Assembly (NCBI GenBank): GCA_051252135.1
Contig: JBPOGH010000009.1
Location: forward strand, 137,098 to 201,097
DNA length: 64,000 nt
DNA from: Verrucomicrobiaceae bacterium
GTDB lineage: Bacteria > Verrucomicrobiota > Verrucomicrobiia > Verrucomicrobiales > Akkermansiaceae
Direction of reading: 5' to 3'
Part shown: positions 28,411 to 38,273 of the stretch, piece by piece
Position numbering within the stretch: the first letter of the stretch is position 1
Layout of the letters: each line of letters begins with the position of its first letter
The notes under the pieces: model-generated
What the model was told of the DNA's origin: nothing
Database searches by the model: none
What the model saw: the letters and a program-made list of their open reading frames with translations, nothing else
Position numbers and translations under genes: made by a program

Positions 28411-29336
28411 TTCACCACCACCTTCTGGCCCACCCACTCAAACCAACCCATCTCATCCAGCCTCTTCCGCAAGGCCTCAATCTGCTGCGGACTCGCCGGA
28501 TCAATCGGACGGCGCACCGGACCACAATCAATCCCCACCATCTGCATCATCACTTTCAACGAAGATCGACCGCAGGTTCCAAACATCGCCCCAATCATCT
28601 CCAGCGCACGAGCCTGCCACACCCGGGCCTGCTCAAAATCGCCCACACTCAGAGCGTTCCGCACATTGTCATAAAGCGGAGCCGCATAATTATAAGTGCT
28701 CCCCACCGCCGACCGAAATCCCTGCGCCATCGCCATCAAATAAGCCTCATCCGATCCCGCCAGAAACTCCAATCCCGGAGCCACTTTCTCCAACAGCGGC
28801 AAGTTATACAAACTCCCGCCATCCGAATACTTGATCCCGCAAAACGTCGGCAAGCGATCCATCGCCACATCCGTCAACTTCATCGGGTCCAGATTCACCC
28901 CCGACAAAAACGGAATGTGGTAATAGTAAAAAGGAGTCTTCGGCGCGGCTTCCACAATCGGGAGCAGGCCTTCCACCAACTCGGCTTCGCCACTCACCTT
29001 GAAATACCCCGTCGGCGTCGCCGACACCGCATCCGCACCGATCGCTTCCGCATGTCCCGCCAACTCGGCCGAAGCCTTCAAGCTGTTATGGCCCACCTGC
29101 ACAAAAGTCTTCATTCGCCCCTTCGCCGCTCCCACATAAGCCTCTGCCACCGCACGGCGCTCCTCATCAGTCAGCGACATCCCTTCCCCCGTGCTCCCCG
29201 CAATATAAATTCCCGTGATGCCATCCTTCTCAAGGTGATCCACCACCTGAGGCACCACTCCTAAATTCAGCTCTCCCGCCTCATCCATCGGCGAGACCAC
29301 CGCGGCGACCAATCCACTCATTCTTAAAGGCTCCAT
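28407..29336 (-). CDS. nanA: N-acetylneuraminate lyase
   Basis: GSTGE, YYYHIP, GIKYS (Schiff-base Lys), GSDE and GSTYN motifs typical of NanA; operon context. Confidence 0.9.
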   Translation of the reverse strand: MEPLRMSGLVAAVVSPMDEAGELNLGVVPQVVDHLEKDGITGIYIAGSTGEGMSLTDEERRAVAEAYVGAAKGRMKTFVQVGHNSLKASAELAGHAEAIGADAVSATPTGYFKVSGEAELVEGLLPIVEAAPKTPFYYYHIPFLSGVNLDPMKLTDVAMDRLPTFCGIKYSDGGSLYNLPLLEKVAPGLEFLAGSDEAYLMAMAQGFRSAVGSTYNYAAPLYDNVRNALSVGDFEQARVWQARALEMIGAMFGTCGRSSLKVMMQMVGIDCGPVRRPIDPASPQQIEALRKRLDEMGWFEWVGQKVVVK

Positions 29337-29428
29337 AACGGCTTCATCCTTTGGAACAATCCGGACCAAGGCAAGATTCGATCACCAAATCACCTTGGTC
29401 TCATCTCCAAACCAGTTACCCTGAGACC

Positions 29429-30496
29429 ATGTCACGTATTCCGAACCGTCAGTCCCTTCCCGACCAAGCCGCTCAGATTATTCAGGACATGATCTCCACC
29501 GGAGACCTTCACGACAAGCTTCCCGGAGAGCGCACCCTCGCCGCCCAACTACAGATCGGACGCGACACCCTCCGCTTCGCCCTCACCATCCTCGAGGCAA
29601 ATGGCATCGTCTCGCCCAACGAGCATGGCAAGCGCCGCCGCATTCTCACCAACCCCATCAAGGGCCCCGCCGCCACCAAGCGCATCGCCTTCCTCTCCCC
29701 CAAAAGCCTCGCTCAACTTCCCCCCTGGATGCTTGTCGAGTTCGACTCCCTTCGCGATTTGCTCAACCAGCGGGGCTATCACCTCCAGCTACTTTCACCC
29801 GGCCTCTTTCATCTCAAAAACCCCGCCCACAAACTCAAAACTCTCGTCCAGGATACCGACGCCGACGCCTGGATTCTCTACCAATGCCCCGAGACCATCC
29901 AGCAATGGTTCAAGCAGGAAAAACTCCCCGCCCTCATTCGCGGCTATCCCCATTCTAAGATTGATATCCCATTCATCGATGAAGACTGGGAAGCCGCAGC
30001 CTACCATGCCGGCACTCTTCTCAAAAGGAACGGTCATCACCGCATCGGACTCCTCATGCCGGATTCCAATCTCGCCGGACTCCTTGCAACCGAAAGGGGA
30101 CTTCGAAAAGCTTTCGAAGATCAGGATTCCATCATTCCAATCATCGAAAAAGGCACTGCGGGAAACGTCGCCCAGGCACTCTCCCGCACCCTCCGCCTTA
30201 AGGCCCCACCCACAGCCATCGTCGCCACCCGCAGTCGCCACATCCTTTCCATGATCTCCTGGATGGCTCAGCATCAGCTCTCCGTCCCGCGCGACCTCTC
30301 GCTCATTACCATCGCCTCGGAGCCCTGGTTCGATCACCTCCTCCCGAAGCCCAGTCACTATTTTTTGGACCCCTCCAATCTCGCCCGCACCGTCGTCCGC
30401 CACATTCTCCCCATCGCCCATGGGAAGACCACTTCCTCCATCCGCAAGCTCATCACTCCCGAATACATCGCCGGAGACACCGTCGCCAGGAGGTAG
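29429..30496 (+). CDS. Transcriptional regulator with GntR-type HTH and LacI-type ligand-binding domain
   Basis: LPGERTLAAQLQIGRDTLR; GHHRIGLL...PTAIV...VPRDLSLI; divergent from nanA. Confidence 0.85.
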   Translation: MSRIPNRQSLPDQAAQIIQDMISTGDLHDKLPGERTLAAQLQIGRDTLRFALTILEANGIVSPNEHGKRRRILTNPIKGPAATKRIAFLSPKSLAQLPPWMLVEFDSLRDLLNQRGYHLQLLSPGLFHLKNPAHKLKTLVQDTDADAWILYQCPETIQQWFKQEKLPALIRGYPHSKIDIPFIDEDWEAAAYHAGTLLKRNGHHRIGLLMPDSNLAGLLATERGLRKAFEDQDSIIPIIEKGTAGNVAQALSRTLRLKAPPTAIVATRSRHILSMISWMAQHQLSVPRDLSLITIASEPWFDHLLPKPSHYFLDPSNLARTVVRHILPIAHGKTTSSIRKLITPEYIAGDTVARR

Positions 30497-30500
30497 CGAC

Positions 30501-30532
30501 AAAAAAACCGCTCCCAAAAGAGGGGAGCGGTT
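30501..30532 (-). terminator. Rho-independent terminator
   Basis: AACCGCTCCC/GGGAGCGGTT stem with a T tract on the minus strand. Confidence 0.8.
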
Positions 30533-30564
30533 CTGAAAAATCTACGAGGTCGAGCGAATCTCGA

Positions 30565-31179
30565 TTACTTGCGACGACGACCAAGCAAAGCCAGTCCGCC
30601 GAGACCAAGAAGGAGAGCAGATGAGGGCTCTGGCACACCCCCTGTGTTGACGTTGAAAGCCAGCTCATACTGATCGCCGAAAGGGACCGTCGTGCCATCG
30701 AACAAACGTCCGGTGGCGCCAAGCACGCCTTCAGGGGTTGCTCCATTCAAACCGACCCTGGCATTCACCGGAGTTCCTGCAGTTCCATTAGTGAGAATCA
30801 GGGCATAGACGGTATTGTCTGCAAGAGTTTCTCCCGCGAACATCGCAATGAGTTCGGGGTTCCCGGCCGAGAAGGTAATCATGTTGGTCGATGTCCCGAT
30901 CAGGGAACCAAGACCTTGCGTGAGGGGATCAGAGTCTGCATCGAGATAGAGCTCTACGGTAAATGGTCCAAGAGAATCCCCGGGGTTTGTTGCGCTTGGG
31001 CCGAAGATTCCAATCGTGGACAATTGCGTGTCCGCCCCAAGACTTCCACTGGTGAAGGTCTGGGTAAGAACCAAGTTGGCCTGCGCTCCACCTCCTGATG
31101 AAGCTGTGCTGACGACGATTGCCGCGTTTGCTGTGAAAGCGGTTGCTGCGAGGGCTGCGAGAGTGGATTTCAATTTCAT
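30565..31179 (-). CDS. PEP-CTERM surface protein
   Basis: Signal peptide; VPEPSSALLLGLGGLALLGRRRK. Confidence 0.93.
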   Translation of the reverse strand: MKLKSTLAALAATAFTANAAIVVSTASSGGGAQANLVLTQTFTSGSLGADTQLSTIGIFGPSATNPGDSLGPFTVELYLDADSDPLTQGLGSLIGTSTNMITFSAGNPELIAMFAGETLADNTVYALILTNGTAGTPVNARVGLNGATPEGVLGATGRLFDGTTVPFGDQYELAFNVNTGGVPEPSSALLLGLGGLALLGRRRK

Positions 31180-31553
31180 AATGGTTTTTAGAATTCAAAA
31201 AGAAAACTCACGTCTCTCTTCCGATTCTCACAGATTCAATAAGTGGTCTTGAAGTCCGACCACTTCACCGGGCCTTGTATTAATCCTCATTCCAAAGAGC
31301 CTCCTCTCAGTTCGCAAGGGGAACGGAAATGACGCGATCCACCACTTGATTGATCCCGGCCAAATGTTCGTTCTTCCAATCCGGAGCAGACCGGGTCCGG
31401 TACTATTCCTCCCTCAATGCCAAACAGGGTGTGACTCCACGATTTCAATGGAAGTTCGTGAACTGGTCTCCCAAGCAAACCTCTCATCTCAAGTCGTTAA
31501 GAATCTCAGCTCGATCCAGAATCTAAAATAACCGGACAAAAATTATCCCCGAT

Positions 31554-34124
31554 ATGAAAACTAAACTCCTCCTCCTCATAACCATGATCTGTAACTGTGA
31601 GGCGGCGAAGCTGGCAGTCAACTTCACCGGAGGGCGACCGACAGACGGAGCCAACCCGACCGAGGATGCTTTCGATACCCCTGTGGTTAATTGGAATAAC
31701 CTGGCCGGAGCGACTGGCACCGACAGCGTGATCATTGCCGATAATGACGACACCGCTCTCGTCACTTGGGCGAGGAACAATACCTGGAGTCAGAATGGTG
31801 CGGCTCCCGTGGGCGGAGACGCCGCTGTTCTCTTTGGCTACCTGGATGATGGCGGCAACGATGACCCGGCCGTCACGATTTCCGGGATGGCCTCACTCAC
31901 TTCGGAGAGCTACACCGTGCGCATTCTCAGCGCGACGGATTTGACCCTCGGAGGAACCACCTTCGATGACATCACGGTCAACTCTACAACCCTGCCGGTC
32001 ACCAATCTTGTGGAAACAACCGGCACTGGAACCACTGCAGACACTCTTTTTACCGATATCTCCGGCGACACCATCAACTTCGATTTTGGTGATAATGTGG
32101 CAGGGCCTAGTCCGGGGAGTCGTGGCTGTGTCGCGGCCATCATTATCGATTACATCCCCTTGGCTGGACCCAATGAACTCTCTGAGGACTTCACCGGAGG
32201 CGACGGTGGCTTCATGCAGACTTCAGATGGCGCTCCTGAAAACCCGTGGGTTTTCAATAGCGAAGCCGCTGCCTGGCGCACCGACGGCGAAGCGAGCGGC
32301 ACCTCGACGAACCATTTTTTGACGATTCCACTCACAACCGTGCGCGCCCCGTTGACGAGCCCGCCAGTGGTCCGCATTACCTTCGAACATCGCTACAGCA
32401 TGGAGGCCGATTGGGATGCCGGAGCACTCCAACTCAAGGTCAACGATGGTCCTTTTGAAACCGTAGCCGGGATCGATTTTACCGGGAACGGATACACCAA
32501 CACCCAAGCCCTTCAGGGTGTGCACGCCTTGACTGGTGCCGATGGCTTCACGGGCGACTCGCCAGGGGTAGGGGATGGAACTTCCATCACAAGCATTGCC
32601 GATGTCAAAGGTCTTGCCGCAGGTGACCTGATGACCTTCCGCTTTGTTGCCGCTTTCGATCAAGGATCAAAAGGTGCCGTGCTCCCCAACTGGGAGATCA
32701 GCAGCGTCAGCATCGAGACACTCAGTGACAACGACGGCGACGGCATGCCGAATTCCTACGAAATCGCCTATGATTTCCTCGATCAAGACGATCCGAGCGA
32801 CGCGGCTCTCGATGAGGATAACGACATGCTCACCAACCTCGAAGAGTTCCTTCTCGGAACGACTCCAAATGATGACGACACCGATGACGATAACCTCATC
32901 GACGGCGTCGAAACCAATACCGGAATCTGGGTAAGCATCACCAACACGGGCACCGATCCTTTTAACCCGGACACCGATGGAGACGGCCTTGGTGACGGTG
33001 TTGAAAATCCCGACCTGCCCTACGATCCTGCCAATGCGGCGAACCAGCCGGGCACCAACCCAAACTTGATCAATACCGACGGCGACCCACTTCCCGATAA
33101 CGAAGAAATTGCCTTCGGGACCGATCCGACAGACGCAGATAGCTTTCCGGACTTCGCCGAGTTCCTGCTTTTCCACTATGATTTCGATACCGAAACTGGA
33201 CCCATCATTGATAGCTCCGGCCGCGGGGCACCCAACATGGGCACCCCCAGCAACGGGCCTTCCCATCGCTTTGGCGAAGCTTCGCTTACCGGTGAAGATG
33301 ACGGATTCTCCATCGGGCTGGATGCTCCCGGCACAACTCACCCGACTGGAAGTTACCTTACGGTCCCCAATGCCCCGGAGTCGGAATCGTTCAGCTTCTC
33401 AATCTGGATCAAACCAAACTATCCCGGAAACAGGTTCCCGATCTTCTCGAGCGAGGACAACTTTTACCCTGCGAACGGTGAATTCTTCTCATTGGACGTG
33501 ACTCTCTCAGGCGAACTGGAGTGGGTCACCGGAGGGGTAAGCACCATTTTTACGGAACCGGGCCTGATTAATGATGGAGAGGTCTATCACATCGTCGTTA
33601 CCCATCTCGACACAGACGGTCGTGACACGGGGTCGGCTGACATGGCTCGCCTCTACGTGAACGGAGTCATGGTTGCTGAACAGGAGAACCCGACTGAAAT
33701 CCCGTCCTATGAGTTGAGGCAAGGAAACACCACGGGCCTGATTTGGGTCGGGACACGCTCGGCCGGCCCCGGTTCTGTCGGGGAGTTTGACGATTTTCAG
33801 GCCTATGGTCTGGAGCTTTCCGCCGATCAGGTCGCTGCGATGTATGCCACTCCAGGCTCGTTTGCGCCCTTCGGTCCACCGCCACGCCTGGAGGTTACTG
33901 CCATCACAGCAGTTGAAAATGGCGGAGGTGGTTACGATGTATCCCTGACATGGAATTCCAAACCGGGAGTGGAATATTTCATCGAATCCTACTCCACCAG
34001 CACGGGGACTTGGATTGAACAAGCCGATGCCGTGGGAGACCCGGGACTCGAAACGATGATCACCTTTAACCAGTTCCCGAGGGAAGCAATCTACCGTGTT
34101 CGGAGAGGGGACGTGGAGGAATAG
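31554..34124 (+). CDS. Secreted multidomain protein with TSP3-like Ca-binding repeats and a LamG domain
   Basis: Signal peptide; DNDGDGMP, DTDDDNLIDG, DTDGDGLGDG repeats; YHIVVT...FDDFQAYGLEL. Confidence 0.85.
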   Translation: MKTKLLLLITMICNCEAAKLAVNFTGGRPTDGANPTEDAFDTPVVNWNNLAGATGTDSVIIADNDDTALVTWARNNTWSQNGAAPVGGDAAVLFGYLDDGGNDDPAVTISGMASLTSESYTVRILSATDLTLGGTTFDDITVNSTTLPVTNLVETTGTGTTADTLFTDISGDTINFDFGDNVAGPSPGSRGCVAAIIIDYIPLAGPNELSEDFTGGDGGFMQTSDGAPENPWVFNSEAAAWRTDGEASGTSTNHFLTIPLTTVRAPLTSPPVVRITFEHRYSMEADWDAGALQLKVNDGPFETVAGIDFTGNGYTNTQALQGVHALTGADGFTGDSPGVGDGTSITSIADVKGLAAGDLMTFRFVAAFDQGSKGAVLPNWEISSVSIETLSDNDGDGMPNSYEIAYDFLDQDDPSDAALDEDNDMLTNLEEFLLGTTPNDDDTDDDNLIDGVETNTGIWVSITNTGTDPFNPDTDGDGLGDGVENPDLPYDPANAANQPGTNPNLINTDGDPLPDNEEIAFGTDPTDADSFPDFAEFLLFHYDFDTETGPIIDSSGRGAPNMGTPSNGPSHRFGEASLTGEDDGFSIGLDAPGTTHPTGSYLTVPNAPESESFSFSIWIKPNYPGNRFPIFSSEDNFYPANGEFFSLDVTLSGELEWVTGGVSTIFTEPGLINDGEVYHIVVTHLDTDGRDTGSADMARLYVNGVMVAEQENPTEIPSYELRQGNTTGLIWVGTRSAGPGSVGEFDDFQAYGLELSADQVAAMYATPGSFAPFGPPPRLEVTAITAVENGGGGYDVSLTWNSKPGVEYFIESYSTSTGTWIEQADAVGDPGLETMITFNQFPREAIYRVRRGDVEE

Positions 34125-34205
34125 ACCCGCCCATTCGCTTACTGGTCCCTCAAATAGACCAGTGGCGATTCTTCGACAATCGACTGGCCTCAGCGATGTT
34201 GGGAA

Positions 34206-37200
34206 ATGATTCGTTCTTTTTGGGTTTTCTTGGTTCTCACCTCGATTCTCCCTGCCAATCCCATCATCACTGAGTTCCTCGCCTCAAACTCCGGAATCCT
34301 CACAGATGAAGATGGGGACACCTCGGACTGGATCGAAATTCATAACCCAACAACCGCCGACATTGATTTGGCTGGCTGGCACCTCACCGATGATGCCCTG
34401 AACCTTGTCCAGTGGACCTTTCCCGCAACAAATCTCGCTTCAGGTGAACACCTCATCGTCTTCGCCTCCGGTAAAGACCGCGCCATCTCCGGTGCTGAAC
34501 TTCACACCAACTTCAAGCTCTCCGCTGACGGAGAATACCTCGCCCTCGTTTCTCCAGCACCTGTCGTCACCTCTGAGTTCAACTTCCCCTCACAAGTCAT
34601 CGACATCTCCTACGGACTCACCGCATCTGGAACCGAGATCACTCTCGTCTCCCAAAGCTCACCCGCAAGGGTTCTCGTTCCCACCCTTAGCGATGACCAA
34701 ACCATCGGCACCACCTGGCGCGGCGGTATCGCCACCTTCGATGACTCATCCTGGCAGACCGGACTCCTCGGAGTCGGCTTCGAGCGAACCTCCGGATTCC
34801 AGGACGAGATTGGCATCGATGTCGAAGCCGACGCATGGGGCATTAACTCCTCAGTCTACCTCCGCATCCCGATCGACGGTTCAATTGATCCCGCCAACAT
34901 CGCCTCGCTCACCCTCCGCATGAAATACGATGACGGCTTCGCCGCCTTCCTCAACGGTGATTATCTCGATGGCGCAAACAATCCCACTCCTCTCCTCTGG
35001 AACTCATTTTCCACCAGTGGTGTGAGTGATGCGCAAGCCCTCCAGTTCCAGGACTTCGATGTCTCCGCCTCCATTCCCAGCCTGATGGAATCCGGAAACA
35101 CCCTCGCCATCCATGGCCTTAATCAATTCTCAAACAGCGGCGATCTCCTCATCCGTCCCGAGCTTATCGCCAGCCTCACCAACCCCGTGCCACCCGTCAC
35201 CGGCTACTTTTCCCTCCCCACTCCCGGAGCGCCAAACCCCTCCACCAATACTCCCACACCCGTTTCACCGAACGCAGGAAAGGTCATCATCTCCGTGCCC
35301 AGCGGCATCAAAAGCAACGCTATTACCGTGACCCTCACCCCCGGGACTCCCGGCGCGGAGATTCACTACACGCTCGATGGATCCGATCCCACCGCTGGCG
35401 ATCCACTCTACTCCGCACCTTTCTCCATCAGCAATCCCTCCCGCCTTCGCGCCCGCGCCTTCCTTCCCGCCAAGCTCCCCGGCACCCTCGCTCTCGCCGA
35501 CTACAGCTTTCTTGATCCCTCTCTTCAAAGCTATCTCTCAGACGTTCCCATCATCGTCATGGATAACTTCGGCGCGGGTGATTATCCCAACAAAGGCCGC
35601 TCCAATGACGGCCGCGACATTGTCCAACGCCCACGCCAAGCCAATGTCATCAGCATTTTCAATCCTACCGCCAACGGACAACCCTTCACCAACTCACCCG
35701 CGCTGGAGAGCCGCAGCGGCTGCCGCGTCCGGGGCTCCAGCTCCAGCCAATTCACCCGAAAGCCACTCTCCGTCGAGTTTTGGAATGAACAAGACGAAGA
35801 CCGCTCGCTCTCGCCCTTCGGCTTCGACTCTGAAGCCGACTGGGTTCTCAATGCCCCCAATCCCTCCTTCGATCGCGCCCTCATCCACAATCCCGTCTCC
35901 TTTGGCTTCGCCGAAATGATCGGAGCCCACACCCCCGGCAGCAAAGTGGTCGTCGTTTTTCAAAATACCGATGGCGGCACCATCACCTCGTCCGACCTCG
36001 CGGGCGTCTACATCTTCTCCGAAAAAATCGAACGCAAGCGCATGGGCGTGGACTTCGACAAACTCAGCGACGACGGAACCTCCGGCGGCTGGATGGTCAA
36101 TATCGACCGCATGGAAGCCATCCCCGAAGGCCTCCCCGTCACCACCACCCAGCCCAATTTCCACGCTGCCGGACCCAACGGCATTCTGGAAATCCCGGAC
36201 GATCAACAGAACTCCGGCGGCTCCCAGTCAGTCGATGACATCTCGGAATTCTACCATTCCTACCTCAACTTCAACAGCCCCGGTGGCTACGAAATCCTCC
36301 CCGCTCAGCGAAGCGCCGTCCAAGCCACCACCCGCGCCATGGACGCCGCCGTCTGGTCTGGAAACTTCACCAGCCAACTCGATTCCGAGAGCTGGGCCCG
36401 CAACTTCGCCGTTCATAATTTCGCTAAAAACCAGGACGCCCACGTCCTCTCCACCTTCATCTATCAGGAAACCCCCACCTCCAAAATCAAGATGGGTCCC
36501 GTCTGGGATTTCGACCGCGCCTACACCTGGAAAGGCGGCCCCAGCGATACCCCACTCTGGGCCTCGGATCGCGACTGGTATCAAGGCCTTTTCCAGGACA
36601 CCGACTTCAAGCAAACCCACCAAGACGTCTGGCAGGAAGCCCGCCGCACCACCGCCACCAATGCCTCCCTTCAAGGCCTCGTCGATGATTCCTCAGCGGG
36701 CCTCCGCTCCGATCAAATCGCCGCCAGCGGACTCAACTTCTCCACTTGGCAAAGCCGTATCTCCGAACTTCGCACCTGGGTCGTCAACCGCGCCACCTAC
36801 CTCGATAACCAATACGAGCCACTTCCAACGCTCTCCCCCGAAAGCGGATTCTTCGTCAGCAATCTCTCAATCAACATGACTCCCACCTCCGGCGGCACGG
36901 TCTACTACACCACCGATGGCAGCGACCCGCGCGCAGATGGCGGCGGCATTTCAACCTCCGCCCTCCCTCACTCCTCAACCCTTAATATCAGCGGAAGAAC
37001 TATCATCACCGCCCGCACTCGGGACGGCTCCCGCTGGAGTGGCCCCGTCACCAGCTCCTACTACGTGGAAGCCGACATCCCCCAACTCGTCGTCAGTGAA
37101 ATCAACTACCACCCCGGCGACCCTTCCCCCGCGGAAGAAGCACTCGGCTTCACCAATTCGGACGACTTCGAGTTCCTCGAGTTCACCAACATCGGCACCA

Positions 37201-37964
37201 CTTCGGTCAATCTCACCCTGCTCAACCTCCGTGGCGGTATCGATTTCGATTTCTCCACCAGCGCCATCACCAATCTCGGCCCCGGCCAGCAAGTTCTCCT
37301 TGTCAAAAATCAAACCGCCTTCGAAGCCCGCCACGGCCCCGGCCTCCCCATCGCCGGCATCTTTTCCGGATCTCTCAACAATGCCGGAGACTCCCTCATC
37401 CTCGAAGACCCAGCCCTCAACCTCGTTCTTCAGGACTTCTCGTACTCAGACGACGCCCCCTGGCCCCTCTGCGCCGATGGCGACGGCTACTCGCTCATCT
37501 TAAAAAGCCCATCGCTCGGCCCCGATCACTCCATCCCCTCAAACTGGCGCTGCAGCAGCCTCCATGGCGGAAATCCCGGAACCTCGGATTCACTCACCCC
37601 ATTCACGGGCAACCCCCTCGCCGATAATGATCATGACGGCATCGATGCTCTTCTTGAGCATTTCCTTGGAACCTCAGATAGCACAGCAGGGGACACCTCC
37701 GACCTCATTCAAATCAGCTCCACCATCGCCAGCGACTCCCTCACTTACCCGGCTCTTCAAGTCACCTACGCCATCGGAGCAGACGACGTCATCCCCACTG
37801 CCGAGTGGTCCGGCGACCTCCTAACCTGGTCCTCAGCCCCCGGCGACATCATCCCCGTCAGCGAAACCCTCAACAACAACGGCACCGCCACCCTCACCTG
37901 GCGCTCCACCCTCCCCACCACCGCGGTCCGTCAGTTCTTCCGCCTCAAAGTTTCTAACCAATAG
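34206..37964 (+). CDS. Secreted lamin-tail-domain / CotH kinase family protein with CHB_HEX_C/Fn3-associated domains
   Basis: IITEFLASN...DWIEIHN; HYTLDGSDP and YYTTDGSDP; VRGSSS, GPVWDFDRA; VSEINYHP. Confidence 0.85.
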   Translation: MIRSFWVFLVLTSILPANPIITEFLASNSGILTDEDGDTSDWIEIHNPTTADIDLAGWHLTDDALNLVQWTFPATNLASGEHLIVFASGKDRAISGAELHTNFKLSADGEYLALVSPAPVVTSEFNFPSQVIDISYGLTASGTEITLVSQSSPARVLVPTLSDDQTIGTTWRGGIATFDDSSWQTGLLGVGFERTSGFQDEIGIDVEADAWGINSSVYLRIPIDGSIDPANIASLTLRMKYDDGFAAFLNGDYLDGANNPTPLLWNSFSTSGVSDAQALQFQDFDVSASIPSLMESGNTLAIHGLNQFSNSGDLLIRPELIASLTNPVPPVTGYFSLPTPGAPNPSTNTPTPVSPNAGKVIISVPSGIKSNAITVTLTPGTPGAEIHYTLDGSDPTAGDPLYSAPFSISNPSRLRARAFLPAKLPGTLALADYSFLDPSLQSYLSDVPIIVMDNFGAGDYPNKGRSNDGRDIVQRPRQANVISIFNPTANGQPFTNSPALESRSGCRVRGSSSSQFTRKPLSVEFWNEQDEDRSLSPFGFDSEADWVLNAPNPSFDRALIHNPVSFGFAEMIGAHTPGSKVVVVFQNTDGGTITSSDLAGVYIFSEKIERKRMGVDFDKLSDDGTSGGWMVNIDRMEAIPEGLPVTTTQPNFHAAGPNGILEIPDDQQNSGGSQSVDDISEFYHSYLNFNSPGGYEILPAQRSAVQATTRAMDAAVWSGNFTSQLDSESWARNFAVHNFAKNQDAHVLSTFIYQETPTSKIKMGPVWDFDRAYTWKGGPSDTPLWASDRDWYQGLFQDTDFKQTHQDVWQEARRTTATNASLQGLVDDSSAGLRSDQIAASGLNFSTWQSRISELRTWVVNRATYLDNQYEPLPTLSPESGFFVSNLSINMTPTSGGTVYYTTDGSDPRADGGGISTSALPHSSTLNISGRTIITARTRDGSRWSGPVTSSYYVEADIPQLVVSEINYHPGDPSPAEEALGFTNSDDFEFLEFTNIGTTSVNLTLLNLRGGIDFDFSTSAITNLGPGQQVLLVKNQTAFEARHGPGLPIAGIFSGSLNNAGDSLILEDPALNLVLQDFSYSDDAPWPLCADGDGYSLILKSPSLGPDHSIPSNWRCSSLHGGNPGTSDSLTPFTGNPLADNDHDGIDALLEHFLGTSDSTAGDTSDLIQISSTIASDSLTYPALQVTYAIGADDVIPTAEWSGDLLTWSSAPGDIIPVSETLNNNGTATLTWRSTLPTTAVRQFFRLKVSNQ

Positions 37965-37993
37965 ATAGTCGCACCGACGATCCCAACGCAAAG

Positions 37994-38026
37994 AACCCGT
38001 CAGCCTCACAGCTGGCGGGTTTTTTT
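37994..38026 (+). terminator. Rho-independent terminator
   Basis: AACCCGTCAGC/GCTGGCGGGTT stem plus T tract. Confidence 0.85.
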
Positions 38027-38212
38027 GATCCAGGTTTACATTCTCTTTTTGTCGAGCGACCCACTTGAAACACAAGATGAGCTCTGAAGATAGATCGCAG
38101 CATTCCACGTCAACGATGGCCCCGCCCTCCACGGCTAAAAGCTAGCAACCCCGCATCCCTGGCGGGGGTAAACACCAATTTTCCAGTCCCACGCATTGAG
38201 ATATGCGACCAC

Positions 38213-38249
38213 AAAAAAAGCCGCCAACCATGATGGCTGACGGCTTTTT
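38213..38249 (-). terminator. Rho-independent terminator
   Basis: AAAAAAAGCCG...CGGCTTTTT just downstream of the minus-strand stop at 38274. Confidence 0.75.
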
Positions 38250-38273
38250 CGGACTACCATGAAAAATTCCCGG

